Shown piece by piece: positions 1-8,960 of a stretch of 64,000 bases of DNA. The stretch is from NCBI GenBank assembly GCA_040388415.1, contig JAZKBV010000001.1, positions 138,369-202,368 on the forward strand. The letters run 5' to 3'. Position 1 is the first letter of the stretch, and every line of letters begins with the position of its first letter. The notes under the pieces were generated by a model. That model did not search any database. It saw only the letters and a list, made by a program, of their open reading frames with translations, and was not told where the DNA came from. The translations under genes were made by a program, and so were the position numbers. Source of the stretch: Patescibacteria group bacterium. GTDB lineage: Bacteria; Patescibacteriota; Minisyncoccia; Phycocordibacterales; PALSA-1337.

Positions 1-951
1 CCTGTCGACATAAGCTCAGGCATCGATCCTTCTGTCCGTTTTATTGGTTCTCATATCAGCGTGTTGAAGCCGGAATTAATCGGTGGTTCGATTCCTGCTC
101 CTGGTGAATATATCGTTCAGGACTGTATGAGGGCAAAAAATTTAAAAGAATTATTTAATGACGCTTCTTCTCCTCAATGGGGGTCAACTTTCACGAGCAT
201 GGGCGCGCTTGTTCCTTATGAGCGTCTAGATGAACTTGTTTCTGAAACTTTGATCTTTTTTGAAAAGATACTTAATGTTAAAAATGAAGATATCAAGATA
301 TCTGTCTCATCTCAGGATCAAGATCTCGTGTCCGCTATCGCAAAAAGCCTTTCGTCGGAATCTTTGGAAGTCGATATGCAGCCGAATTCATACTACAGGC
401 ATCAGATTGGTGTAGAGGGCATCATTGGACGTAATTTTAATCTTGCAATAAGAAATAAAGTCGGCGGAGATTTTTCTGATGTAGGAAATATTATTGTGCT
501 GGAAGATACTGAGAAAAAGCTAGGTGCAGAGTTGGCCCTTGGATCATCAGTGATGCTAAAGCAGATGTATGGTCTAGAACATGTCAATGACTGTTATCCG
601 TTAACTGGGATAGATATTGAAAATAAAACAATAAAAAGGAAATTTGAGGACTGCATTATAGTGAGCATTTCTTTGTTCAATGAAGGGTTAGAGCCAAGAG
701 CAGCAGATAATAAAGGCAGAATCTTACGCTCGTATGTGAGAGCACTAAGTTATTTTAGGTCGAAAGAGAATATGTCATTAGAAAGCCTAGCTGAAATCAT
801 GGCTCGCTTTGAGTCAAAGCGTTATCCGGATAAAAAAGACAGCATCGTTCCGAGTATCGTAGAGTATCTTCGCTCATATGAAGAAATGCTCTTGAGTGAA
901 AAGATATCAACTGCTGAGGATAAAATAATTGCAGCTGTATTAAAGAAGTGA
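1..951 (+). CDS. Alanyl-tRNA synthetase catalytic-domain paralog (5'-truncated by window; degenerate)
   Basis: Frame is open from base 1 (PVDISSGIDPSVRFIGSHISVLKP...). It aligns by eye, in order, with AlaRS blocks: QDCMR~QKCVR, STFTSMG~TFFEMLG, SDVGNI~LEVWND, ELALGSSV..QMYGLEHVND~DTGAGLER..TLQGVDNIYD, FEDCI..NEGLEP..NKGRILRSYVR~VADHI..ADGVVP..DRGYVLRKLIR. Confidence 0.7.
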   Translation, partial: PVDISSGIDPSVRFIGSHISVLKPELIGGSIPAPGEYIVQDCMRAKNLKELFNDASSPQWGSTFTSMGALVPYERLDELVSETLIFFEKILNVKNEDIKISVSSQDQDLVSAIAKSLSSESLEVDMQPNSYYRHQIGVEGIIGRNFNLAIRNKVGGDFSDVGNIIVLEDTEKKLGAELALGSSVMLKQMYGLEHVNDCYPLTGIDIENKTIKRKFEDCIIVSISLFNEGLEPRAADNKGRILRSYVRALSYFRSKENMSLESLAEIMARFESKRYPDKKDSIVPSIVEYLRSYEEMLLSEKISTAEDKIIAAVLKK

Positions 952-963
952 TAGTCTAAAAAT

Positions 964-1944
964 ATGAAGATTCCTGCAAAACTAAAAAAAGGGTCACATA
1001 TCAGAATCATCGCACCATCAAGAAGCATGGGTCTTTTAAGTCCTGAGTCGAAGACTGAAGCTGTAAAAAGGCTTGAAGAATACGGGTTTGTTTTAAGCTA
1101 CGGAAAGCATGTGAATGAAATAGATGAATTTAGTTCCTCTTCTGTCGCTTCGCGAGTCGCAGATATCCATGAAGCATTTGCTGATAAATCAGTAGATGGT
1201 ATTTTAACTGTTATTGGCGGTTATAATTCGAACCAGCTTCTCGATCATCTTGATTATGATCTATTAGCAAAAAATCCAAAAATATTTTGTGGATTTTCAG
1301 ATATAACAGCGCTTAGCAATGCTATCACCGAAAAATCAAAATTTATCACTTATACAGGGCCGCACTTTTCCAGCTGGGCAATCAAGCATGGTTTTGAATA
1401 TTCTATGGAATATTTTGCCAAGTGTTGCATGTCTAGTGAACCGTATGAGCTTTTGCCTTCAGAAGTTTGGAGCGATGATCCTTGGTTCTTGGATCAAGAG
1501 AAAAGACAGTTCGTCAACAATGAGGGCTATTGGGTCATAAATGAGGGTAATGCAACTGGAAGAACTGTAGGTTCCCATGTTCGGTGCGTAAGTGCTCTTC
1601 AAGGGACCAAGTATTGGCCGTCTTTTAAAGGTGCCATCCTTCTTATGGAGGAAGATTCTGAGGTTAATCCGCAGATTTTTGATCGATTATTGCAGTCGTT
1701 TATACAACAACCAGATTTTTCTGGCGTGAAAGGCATTTTGATCGGCCGTTTTCAGCGGGACTCAAAGATGACAAAAGAGCTTTTGACTAAAATTATATCA
1801 ACTAAGCCAGAATTAAAGGGGGTACCTGTTATTGCAAATATCAATTTTGGCCATACGCTGCCGCTCTCCACGTTGCCGATCGGCGGAGAGATTCAAATGC
1901 TTGCTGAAAAGGGTAAGGCGCAGATCATTGTGACTATGCATTGA
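964..1944 (+). CDS. S66 family LD-carboxypeptidase / MccF-like serine peptidase
   Basis: Motifs IIAPS, IGGYNSNQLL, GFSDITAL (Ser), LLMEED (Glu), NFGHTLP (His). Confidence 0.92.
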   Translation: MKIPAKLKKGSHIRIIAPSRSMGLLSPESKTEAVKRLEEYGFVLSYGKHVNEIDEFSSSSVASRVADIHEAFADKSVDGILTVIGGYNSNQLLDHLDYDLLAKNPKIFCGFSDITALSNAITEKSKFITYTGPHFSSWAIKHGFEYSMEYFAKCCMSSEPYELLPSEVWSDDPWFLDQEKRQFVNNEGYWVINEGNATGRTVGSHVRCVSALQGTKYWPSFKGAILLMEEDSEVNPQIFDRLLQSFIQQPDFSGVKGILIGRFQRDSKMTKELLTKIISTKPELKGVPVIANINFGHTLPLSTLPIGGEIQMLAEKGKAQIIVTMH

Positions 1945-1950
1945 TCAATA

Positions 1951-1982
1951 AAAAAAGTGGGTTGGATAAATCCAACCCACTT
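1951..1982. terminator. Intrinsic terminator hairpin between convergent S66 peptidase and GlyRS genes
   Basis: AAGTGGGTTGGA-taaa-TCCAACCCACTT, with a U-tract on the minus strand. Confidence 0.8.
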
Positions 1983-1994
1983 GTGCATTTTTCT

Positions 1995-3395
1995 CTAAGC
2001 CTTTAGTTTCGCATCAATATATGCACCCAACTGATCGAGACTTACGCGCTCTTGGCGCATATCGTCTCGATTCCGGATAGTGACCTGCTTTTCCGAAAGG
2101 GTATCATAGTCAACCGTGATGCAATATGGCGTCCCGATTTCGTCTTGACGACGATAGCGTTTTCCGATGTTGCCGCTGTCATCAAACTCGCAGATGTGCC
2201 GCTCACGCAAGTCCTCGTATATTTTACGGGCAACCTGCACAAGCTCTGGACGATTTCTGACAAGAGGGAAGACGGCTACTTTGACAGGTGCCATTTTGGG
2301 GGTGAATTTTAGAACGGTCCGCGTCTCACCCTCAATTTCCTCTTCGTGATAGGCTTCACACAGTATCGCCAGGAATGTTCTGCCGACGCCAACTGACGAT
2401 TCGATAATGTGAGGCGTGTAGCGTTCCGTGGTGCGCTGATCAATGTAGCTCAAATCGGTTCCCGAATGGGTTGTGTGTTGTGTCAGGTCATAATCGCCAC
2501 GGGCGTGTATGCCTTCAAGTTCACTAAAACCAAACGGGAAACGATATTCAATGTCGTATGCTTCCTTTGCGTAGAACACAAGTTTTTCATGTTTGTGCCA
2601 CTGCAAGTTTGAGCTACTGATACCGATCGTCCGATAGTATTCCCAGCGCGCCTGCCGCAGTTTTTCGTATTCGACCATCTCCTGGTCAGGGTGAGTAAAA
2701 TACTGCATTTCCATCTGCTCGAATTCTCGAGTTCTGAAAATAAACTGCCGGGCGGTGATCTCGTTGCGGAACGCTTTTCCGATCTGAGCGATCCCGAAGG
2801 GGATTTTAACCCGATTTGCTGCCAAGACGTTCTTGTAGTTCACGTAGATTCCTTGGCATGTTTCTCCGCGGAGATACACCGGGTCCTTGTTGACGTCCCC
2901 AGTGAAATTTCCAAGGTTTGACTTGACCAAGAGGTTAAATTTCTTTACTTCCGTAAAGTTATTTTTGCCACAAGTAGGGCAGACAATCTTCGCTTTATTT
3001 TCTTGAAACAAAGCGTTGATTTCAGCCACATCCATCTTTTCATCGGCGATGACGCCGATAGTGGCAAGCAAATGGTCCACACGGATGCGTCCATTGCATT
3101 CCTTGCATTCAGCAACCGGATCGGCAAAACCTTTGACGTGTCCGCTCGCTTCCCAAATGCGCGGGCTCATGAAGATGCCTGAGTCCAAGCCGACAATATT
3201 GTCCTGCAGTTGAACCATAGCTCTCCACCACTCGCGCTTTACGGCATTTGCAAGCGCGACGCCGTAATGACCGTAGTCATACACAGCGGCAAATCCGCCG
3301 TATATCTCCGAAGACGGAAAGACGAACCCGCGACGCTTGCAAAACGATACGATCTTGCTGAGTGAAGTGGCTTCATCACTGTTTTTTTGAGTCAT
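1995..3395 (-). CDS. glyS: Glycine--tRNA ligase, homodimeric (alpha2) type
   Basis: RRGFVFPSSEIYGG, LRGETCQG, GKAFRNEIT..FIFRTREFEQME, C-terminal anticodon domain GKRYRRQDEIGTP; SD GAAAGGA upstream. Confidence 0.97.
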   Translation of the reverse strand: MTQKNSDEATSLSKIVSFCKRRGFVFPSSEIYGGFAAVYDYGHYGVALANAVKREWWRAMVQLQDNIVGLDSGIFMSPRIWEASGHVKGFADPVAECKECNGRIRVDHLLATIGVIADEKMDVAEINALFQENKAKIVCPTCGKNNFTEVKKFNLLVKSNLGNFTGDVNKDPVYLRGETCQGIYVNYKNVLAANRVKIPFGIAQIGKAFRNEITARQFIFRTREFEQMEMQYFTHPDQEMVEYEKLRQARWEYYRTIGISSSNLQWHKHEKLVFYAKEAYDIEYRFPFGFSELEGIHARGDYDLTQHTTHSGTDLSYIDQRTTERYTPHIIESSVGVGRTFLAILCEAYHEEEIEGETRTVLKFTPKMAPVKVAVFPLVRNRPELVQVARKIYEDLRERHICEFDDSGNIGKRYRRQDEIGTPYCITVDYDTLSEKQVTIRNRDDMRQERVSLDQLGAYIDAKLKA

Positions 3396-3495
3396 AAACT
3401 ATCCTTTCATGTTTTGTGCATATGTTGTTTTAAATGTGCTGCACTTGATTTTTAAACTATCATAATAATGGTAACTAGTCAATGTACCTCTCGCT

Positions 3496-4284
3496 CTATT
3501 TTTTCTGGCTAATCACCAAAAAAAGAAACTTACGTTTAGTAAAAAACCGTTCAAAAAATATCGTGAATATTTGTATGAATATTTTAGGTGTCTCAACAAA
3601 TAAAGGGCTGCCGAGGTTATATACCTTAGCAGTGTGAAGCCCGGATCCTAATTGTTTTGCCGCGCTTGAAAGCATGTCTTCTATATCCTTGGGTCCGTAT
3701 ATTTTTTCAGTATCGAGCCTATATCCAGGGATGTGTTTCAGTATTTTTTTAAATCGAGGGCGAGCCAACAGCTCAGCCTTTTTTATGGGGAGAGAATTGA
3801 AATTAGGGATAGCGATTCCTATGTGTCCGCCGATTTTGGTTACGCGCAGCATTTCTTTTAGAATCTGAATAACAAGTTCTTTATCGTAGTGTTCAATTGT
3901 TCCTATGTTCCAAGTCAAATCAAAATTATTATCAGGAAAAGGCATCGAGAACATGTTTCCTTCAACATACGAGACTTTTTTACAACCATGTATCGTTGCT
4001 AATTTTTCTGCCAGTCTAAGTCCTTCAGTAGAAATATCCAGCAATGTTATATTTTTATTCGACAAAGATAATAAAGTCGCTTTTCCAGACCCGCAACCAG
4101 CTTCGAGGATCGATGCATTTGCAGGTATTGATATCGAGTTTACACAATCTCTGATTTGTTCGTAATAGTATCTCCACCAATAGGAAGAAAATTTTTCAGT
4201 AGATTCTCTTGCCAGCTCTTCGGAAAATATTTTATTCCAAGTCCGTTTTTCATGCTCTAAAGCCGCCTTAATTTTTTCCTGCAT
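3496..4284 (-). CDS. Class I SAM-dependent methyltransferase
   Basis: ILEAGCGSG, LLDIS, GNMFSMPFPDNNFDL, GTIEH; start moved to MQEKI (4284), 10 nt after the upstream stop. Confidence 0.9.
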   Translation of the reverse strand: MQEKIKAALEHEKRTWNKIFSEELARESTEKFSSYWWRYYYEQIRDCVNSISIPANASILEAGCGSGKATLLSLSNKNITLLDISTEGLRLAEKLATIHGCKKVSYVEGNMFSMPFPDNNFDLTWNIGTIEHYDKELVIQILKEMLRVTKIGGHIGIAIPNFNSLPIKKAELLARPRFKKILKHIPGYRLDTEKIYGPKDIEDMLSSAAKQLGSGLHTAKVYNLGSPLFVETPKIFIQIFTIFFERFFTKRKFLFLVISQKK

Positions 4285-4294
4285 ATTAATATCG

Positions 4295-5443
4295 TTATGG
4301 TTTCGGCAGATGTTCTCCTCGTGGAATATGCACGGCTTCCCATATATACGGCAGTTTAAGCAGCCACTGAACATAGCGTTGCCATCCCAACCCAAACCCC
4401 GCCGTCGCTTTGTAGTGTTTATAGTCTCTTGTTTTTAGGTAAGGCTCGTAATCCTCAAGCGGCAGATTGAACACTCGTGCTTTTTCAGCTAGCACAGCCG
4501 GTTCGCTGATTCGTACGCCTGACCCAATGACTTCACGGTAGCCCATAAGCACGATGTCAGCATTTTCAGCGATCGATATCCCATCCGTATTTTTTTTAAG
4601 CACATTATGATAAAAGGGGATCTGCAAAATGGGAAAATCTGTAACGGCAACATTTTTACCTAGTAATTCAGTAAGCCTAATCTCCTCCCATCCGCCAAAA
4701 TGCTTAAGTGAAAATTCTTTATAGCGCTCATCTTTTGTATCCGCATAGAGTATCTCCATTGCCTCTTTGAAAGGGATGGTAGATAGATTTTTCTTCTTGA
4801 AAGCATGCTTTAGCTCGCCTATGTCATTTGAGGTTAAAAAATATTCCAAATTCTCTATATTATTTTTTAGCAAATATAAAGTGATATAGTCTAGAATCCC
4901 GTAAGCAATATCAAGATTTTCTTTAAAATCCACCTTTCCTTCAAACTCAACATGCTGGAATTCTGATAAATGCGAGTAGTCGGCTTTTTCTTTCCTGAAA
5001 GAATTATAAATAGAAAAGACTCGATCTACTTTTTTAATGAGAAGTCTTAGTTCTAGATAGAATTGCGAGCTTTCAGATAGGAATGCTTTTTTTGAATTAT
5101 TGAACCATGATATGTCTACAGGCAGGGCGTCAGTGGTGTAATCGAGCGTTTTTCCGGCATATATTTCTCCTGGAGATGAAATCATCATGGTGGTTAGCGG
5201 AAGATTGCACCACTCGGTTTGATGTTTCTTAAAATATTCAGTTACGGCATAAAATATCGCAGTATCTATTTTATGTAAGTGAAAATAGTGCTTGCTAGAA
5301 ACTATCTCATCCATTCTTTTTTCGATGAGATCCAAGTCGAATTGCTTCGAGAGAACATTCTCGATTTTTTTATAGCGCTTGTTTCCTTTATATTCGATAA
5401 TGCGCTTGCCGTCTTTTATTTTTGCAGAATATGGTCCTAACAT
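4295..5443 (-). CDS. Class IIb aaRS catalytic-domain protein (AsnRS/AspRS-like, no anticodon-binding domain; resembles archaeal-type asparagine synthetase AsnRS2)
   Basis: LSESSQFYLE, motif 2 SFRKE..HLSEFQHVEFE, EVIGSGVR, motif 3 AGFGLGWQR, C-terminal HIPR; only ~60 aa precede motif 1. Confidence 0.85.
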   Translation of the reverse strand: MLGPYSAKIKDGKRIIEYKGNKRYKKIENVLSKQFDLDLIEKRMDEIVSSKHYFHLHKIDTAIFYAVTEYFKKHQTEWCNLPLTTMMISSPGEIYAGKTLDYTTDALPVDISWFNNSKKAFLSESSQFYLELRLLIKKVDRVFSIYNSFRKEKADYSHLSEFQHVEFEGKVDFKENLDIAYGILDYITLYLLKNNIENLEYFLTSNDIGELKHAFKKKNLSTIPFKEAMEILYADTKDERYKEFSLKHFGGWEEIRLTELLGKNVAVTDFPILQIPFYHNVLKKNTDGISIAENADIVLMGYREVIGSGVRISEPAVLAEKARVFNLPLEDYEPYLKTRDYKHYKATAGFGLGWQRYVQWLLKLPYIWEAVHIPRGEHLPKP

Positions 5444-5589
5444 TGTTTGTGTGCCTATAGACTAGCACAATCTGTTTTTTATACAACAATTGGTAATATG
5501 TCAATACCGGTCATATACAACACCAATTAATATAATGCTATCATCTAGCCATATGAACTGTGGATCACGATACGGCATATTTTCTTAAC

Positions 5590-6561
5590 ATGTTTTCATT
5601 ATCTGAGCTAAAGAATGAGTTCTTACTCATCAAAGAATCTTCCTACGAGGGAATAAAGGGAGTTATGGTATTTGATTCAGGTATACCAGGACCATGCCTC
5701 GGCATCACCATTAATACCCACGGCAATGAACCAAGCGGTTTAGCTGCTTTGGGATATTTTCGAAAAGATGATTTGGTCAAAAGCCTCATCAGTGGACGCG
5801 TTATGTTTGTTATAAATAATATTCAAGCGTGCGAGGCCTATTTTAAAGCTCTTGAAATAGAAAATGTATCTGAAAGAGAGACTGCAAAGCTTAAGTCTCG
5901 ATTTTGTGACGTAAATATGAATCGCTTACCAACGAACACGCTTGAACTTTCCGGTGACAAGCGTTACGAGATTCTTCGTGCACAAGAGTTGAGACAAGTG
6001 TGGGAACGGTTTGATATTGCATTTGATGTGCATAGCACTAGAAGCGAATCGGAACCAATGATCATTGCGTTGGGCAATGTGCAAAGCACTTTGTATGCCG
6101 GTTTCCCCATAGGTATAATTATTCGCAATATCGAGAATGTTCAATCAGGAAAACCTGCGTCTGCATTTTATGGTAGGGCAGGTGAAACACCTGTTTTCGC
6201 TATCGAGACCGGCTCTCATGAAAAAGAAACTTCATTTCAGACGGCGATGACATGCATATCTATTCTCTTGCAAAATCTCGGCATGCTTCCGAAAACTTCA
6301 CTGCTAGTGTCAAAAACTTATAAGGAATATTTGATCGTTGATTCAATGTTTTTTCCTGATAATTCGTACGAATTAACTAAAGCATTTAATATGTTTGAAT
6401 TGTGTGAAAAAGGGCAGATCATCGCTCAAGGCAATGGTCCTGCTATCGTAGCGCCTGAGACTGGTTGCCTGTTATTTGTCCCGCCTGGGAAGAAGCCGAC
6501 AGCTCCGCTTGATGAGGAGGTATTATTTTTTTCTGCCCCACCTCGAATAATCAAGGCATAG
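5590..6561 (+). CDS. Succinylglutamate desuccinylase/aspartoacylase family (M14) deacylase
   Basis: THGNEPSG, DVNMNR, FDVHST, IETG. Confidence 0.88.
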   Translation: MFSLSELKNEFLLIKESSYEGIKGVMVFDSGIPGPCLGITINTHGNEPSGLAALGYFRKDDLVKSLISGRVMFVINNIQACEAYFKALEIENVSERETAKLKSRFCDVNMNRLPTNTLELSGDKRYEILRAQELRQVWERFDIAFDVHSTRSESEPMIIALGNVQSTLYAGFPIGIIIRNIENVQSGKPASAFYGRAGETPVFAIETGSHEKETSFQTAMTCISILLQNLGMLPKTSLLVSKTYKEYLIVDSMFFPDNSYELTKAFNMFELCEKGQIIAQGNGPAIVAPETGCLLFVPPGKKPTAPLDEEVLFFSAPPRIIKA

Positions 6562-6609
6562 TTTATGGTTAAATTTTTAATTTTACAAAAATGCTATAAT
6601 ACAGCCACC

Positions 6610-7275
6610 ATGAAACTGTATTTCCTTTCGCCGTTCATCCTTCAAAAGATCATTTGGATACCGACTCGTTTCTCACTCTTTTTCTTTGGACACTGGAAGA
6701 TATCAGGCATGGACAACCTCAAAGGCATCCCTGCGCCAGTCATATTTGCATGCAACCATACGAGCGAGATCGATCCTTTTTTTGTACCGGCGTCGCTTCC
6801 ATTTTTATCGCGATTCGCACCTACTTTTTATACGTCTCGTGAAAGCAAGTTTTATACCAACTCGGGTTGGCGCCGCTATATCTATGGGGGATTTTTCTTC
6901 AAGATGTGGGGGTCATATCCAGTGCATGTTGGCTTGAATGATTATGCAAAATCAATGACGCACCATATCGAGATCATCCGAGATGGAGGCAGTCTCTGCA
7001 TGTTTCCTGAGGGGCGCATCACTCCCGATGGGACGATTCAAGCCGCCAAGGGCGGAGTAGCATACCTCTCGCAGGCAACTGGCGCGCTCATCGTTCCTGT
7101 CCGTTTTGAAGGAGCTTTCGGCGTATCTTTGAAAGACCTTTTCTTACGTCGTCGTCACATATCGATTGTATATGGCAAACCGATGAAGCCGACTGACTAT
7201 CTTGGATCTGACCCGATGATCGATGAGCTCAAAAATTATGCCGCCGTGGTGATGGCAGAAGTGGGGAAGTTGTAA
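6610..7275 (+). CDS. plsC: 1-acyl-sn-glycerol-3-phosphate acyltransferase family
   Basis: NHTSEID (HX4D) and MFPEGR; TGCTATAAT lies just upstream of ATG 6610. Confidence 0.88.
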   Translation: MKLYFLSPFILQKIIWIPTRFSLFFFGHWKISGMDNLKGIPAPVIFACNHTSEIDPFFVPASLPFLSRFAPTFYTSRESKFYTNSGWRRYIYGGFFFKMWGSYPVHVGLNDYAKSMTHHIEIIRDGGSLCMFPEGRITPDGTIQAAKGGVAYLSQATGALIVPVRFEGAFGVSLKDLFLRRRHISIVYGKPMKPTDYLGSDPMIDELKNYAAVVMAEVGKL

Positions 7276-7334
7276 ACGTTTCTCGTCGCGAACGTGATAT
7301 AATTACCGCGGTTGAAAAACTAATTTCTACTTTT

Positions 7335-8954
7335 ATGATCAGTCAAGAAGCAATACAAAAAATTTTGGGCATAGGTGAACAGGTTGATGTTGACCCGAAA
7401 GATATGGCACGTACGCTCACGATTACTTTTTTTCCTGAAAAAGGCCATATATATAGCAAGAAAGTAAAAGATTTCAGCGACTTGCTCCGCCAGGCGTTGA
7501 TAGATCTGGATGTTAAAGTCATTTCTTATGATGAGTCGTTAGAAACCGTGGCGATCTCTAAGATAGCCAAAAGATTTTTCAAGATATTAGGGAATAATAT
7601 CCTGTTCGCGCTCTATGAAGCTTTGCGGATCTCGCATAATTATCATTACATCAATCTTCTTGCCCTTCAGAACCTTTTGAAGCGTCGCAGGATAAAGAAA
7701 GGAATATCAGTGGTGGCTTTAGGAGAAGGGAAAGTCTATAACCTTCCGATCGACTATACTTCGAGCTTTACCCGAAGCTCAGTCATCACTCTTCTGGATA
7801 GGCCTGCTGATGTCGATGAGACATCGGGCTTCCAGAAGCATTTTGATACAGCGATGGATTCTTTTTCGTACCATATGACACAGATCGTTATACTCGTTGA
7901 TGAAAAGAAATGGATCCTCTATAACTTCAACGCTTCACATCCAGTGTATCCGATCGACTCTCATTTCAAAGAAAATATCCTGCACGCTCTCGTACCGAAA
8001 GTCGCCGCGCCCATCCGTCCGCATCGTATGCCTGATTTTATCATTGATCAAAAGACCTTTGATCCTGAAGCGCCGGAATATGCGACTGCTGTGCAAGATT
8101 TGATAGATGGAGGAATGGCTTTCGAAGGGACTAATCTTTATCCAAAAGGAAAGAAGATGGCTGATCTGCCATTTCGAAATAAATTCTATCGTTGGATAGG
8201 CAGTATCCATCTCGACCATAGAAATGGTATGAGCTATGGTTTTTTGGCGCGACAGCTTCCAACTGAGCTTCCTGCGCTCGAGCCATATAGCCAGGCTTAT
8301 GCAAGCGAAGGCGATTATTTTATCCGCGACGGACATATATATCTCAAACTCGATCTGGCACAAGGAAAGTTTATTCTGCAGGTCCCACCGATCTGGGTTA
8401 TGACGCAGCGATCTGGTGCTGACAAGACTCATATAGACATACATAAGGACCTCCTTATGCTGGGTTTGGTGGATGGCAAGATGCGCATGCGCACACCAGA
8501 TGGACTGAAGCTCACTGCCGATTATAAGCCTTCATTCGATACTAAAGTCATCCTCGCACATGCAGTCGGCAATGCGATCACAGCTGCGATCATGAATCAT
8601 TTCCAGTCTAACGCCGAGTATGTGAAAAATGTCCGCGAAAATGGCCTTGCGATCGCGCATTGGCACGGGTATTTCCATCCGCAACATATTCCAAAAGGCT
8701 GGTATCACCATGGCTATGGCAATCCGCATGTAGCATGTTCGACGCCGCAATCAGCGATTTTTGCTTTGGATGGAAAGCTCAACACATTTGAGAAGGCCAT
8801 GAAAGAAGGCGCAGATTATCATGGCGACATCCATATAGAGCCGCATCATGGTACAAACATCGTATTTCCTTCAGTCAAGGAGCTTGGTCGGCTGCTCATG
8901 GAAAATCCTGAAGCTTCTGTTCTTGGAAATAAGTATCTTGGGTATTATAATTAA
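7335..8954 (+). CDS. Hypothetical protein with probable C-terminal class II aldolase/adducin-like domain
   Basis: Long clean ORF; MTQRSGADK, KPSFD, IAHWHG, ACSTPQSA, IEPHHG occur in the order of class II aldolase motifs. Confidence 0.55.
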   Translation: MISQEAIQKILGIGEQVDVDPKDMARTLTITFFPEKGHIYSKKVKDFSDLLRQALIDLDVKVISYDESLETVAISKIAKRFFKILGNNILFALYEALRISHNYHYINLLALQNLLKRRRIKKGISVVALGEGKVYNLPIDYTSSFTRSSVITLLDRPADVDETSGFQKHFDTAMDSFSYHMTQIVILVDEKKWILYNFNASHPVYPIDSHFKENILHALVPKVAAPIRPHRMPDFIIDQKTFDPEAPEYATAVQDLIDGGMAFEGTNLYPKGKKMADLPFRNKFYRWIGSIHLDHRNGMSYGFLARQLPTELPALEPYSQAYASEGDYFIRDGHIYLKLDLAQGKFILQVPPIWVMTQRSGADKTHIDIHKDLLMLGLVDGKMRMRTPDGLKLTADYKPSFDTKVILAHAVGNAITAAIMNHFQSNAEYVKNVRENGLAIAHWHGYFHPQHIPKGWYHHGYGNPHVACSTPQSAIFALDGKLNTFEKAMKEGADYHGDIHIEPHHGTNIVFPSVKELGRLLMENPEASVLGNKYLGYYN

Positions 8955-8960
8955 GCAGTC

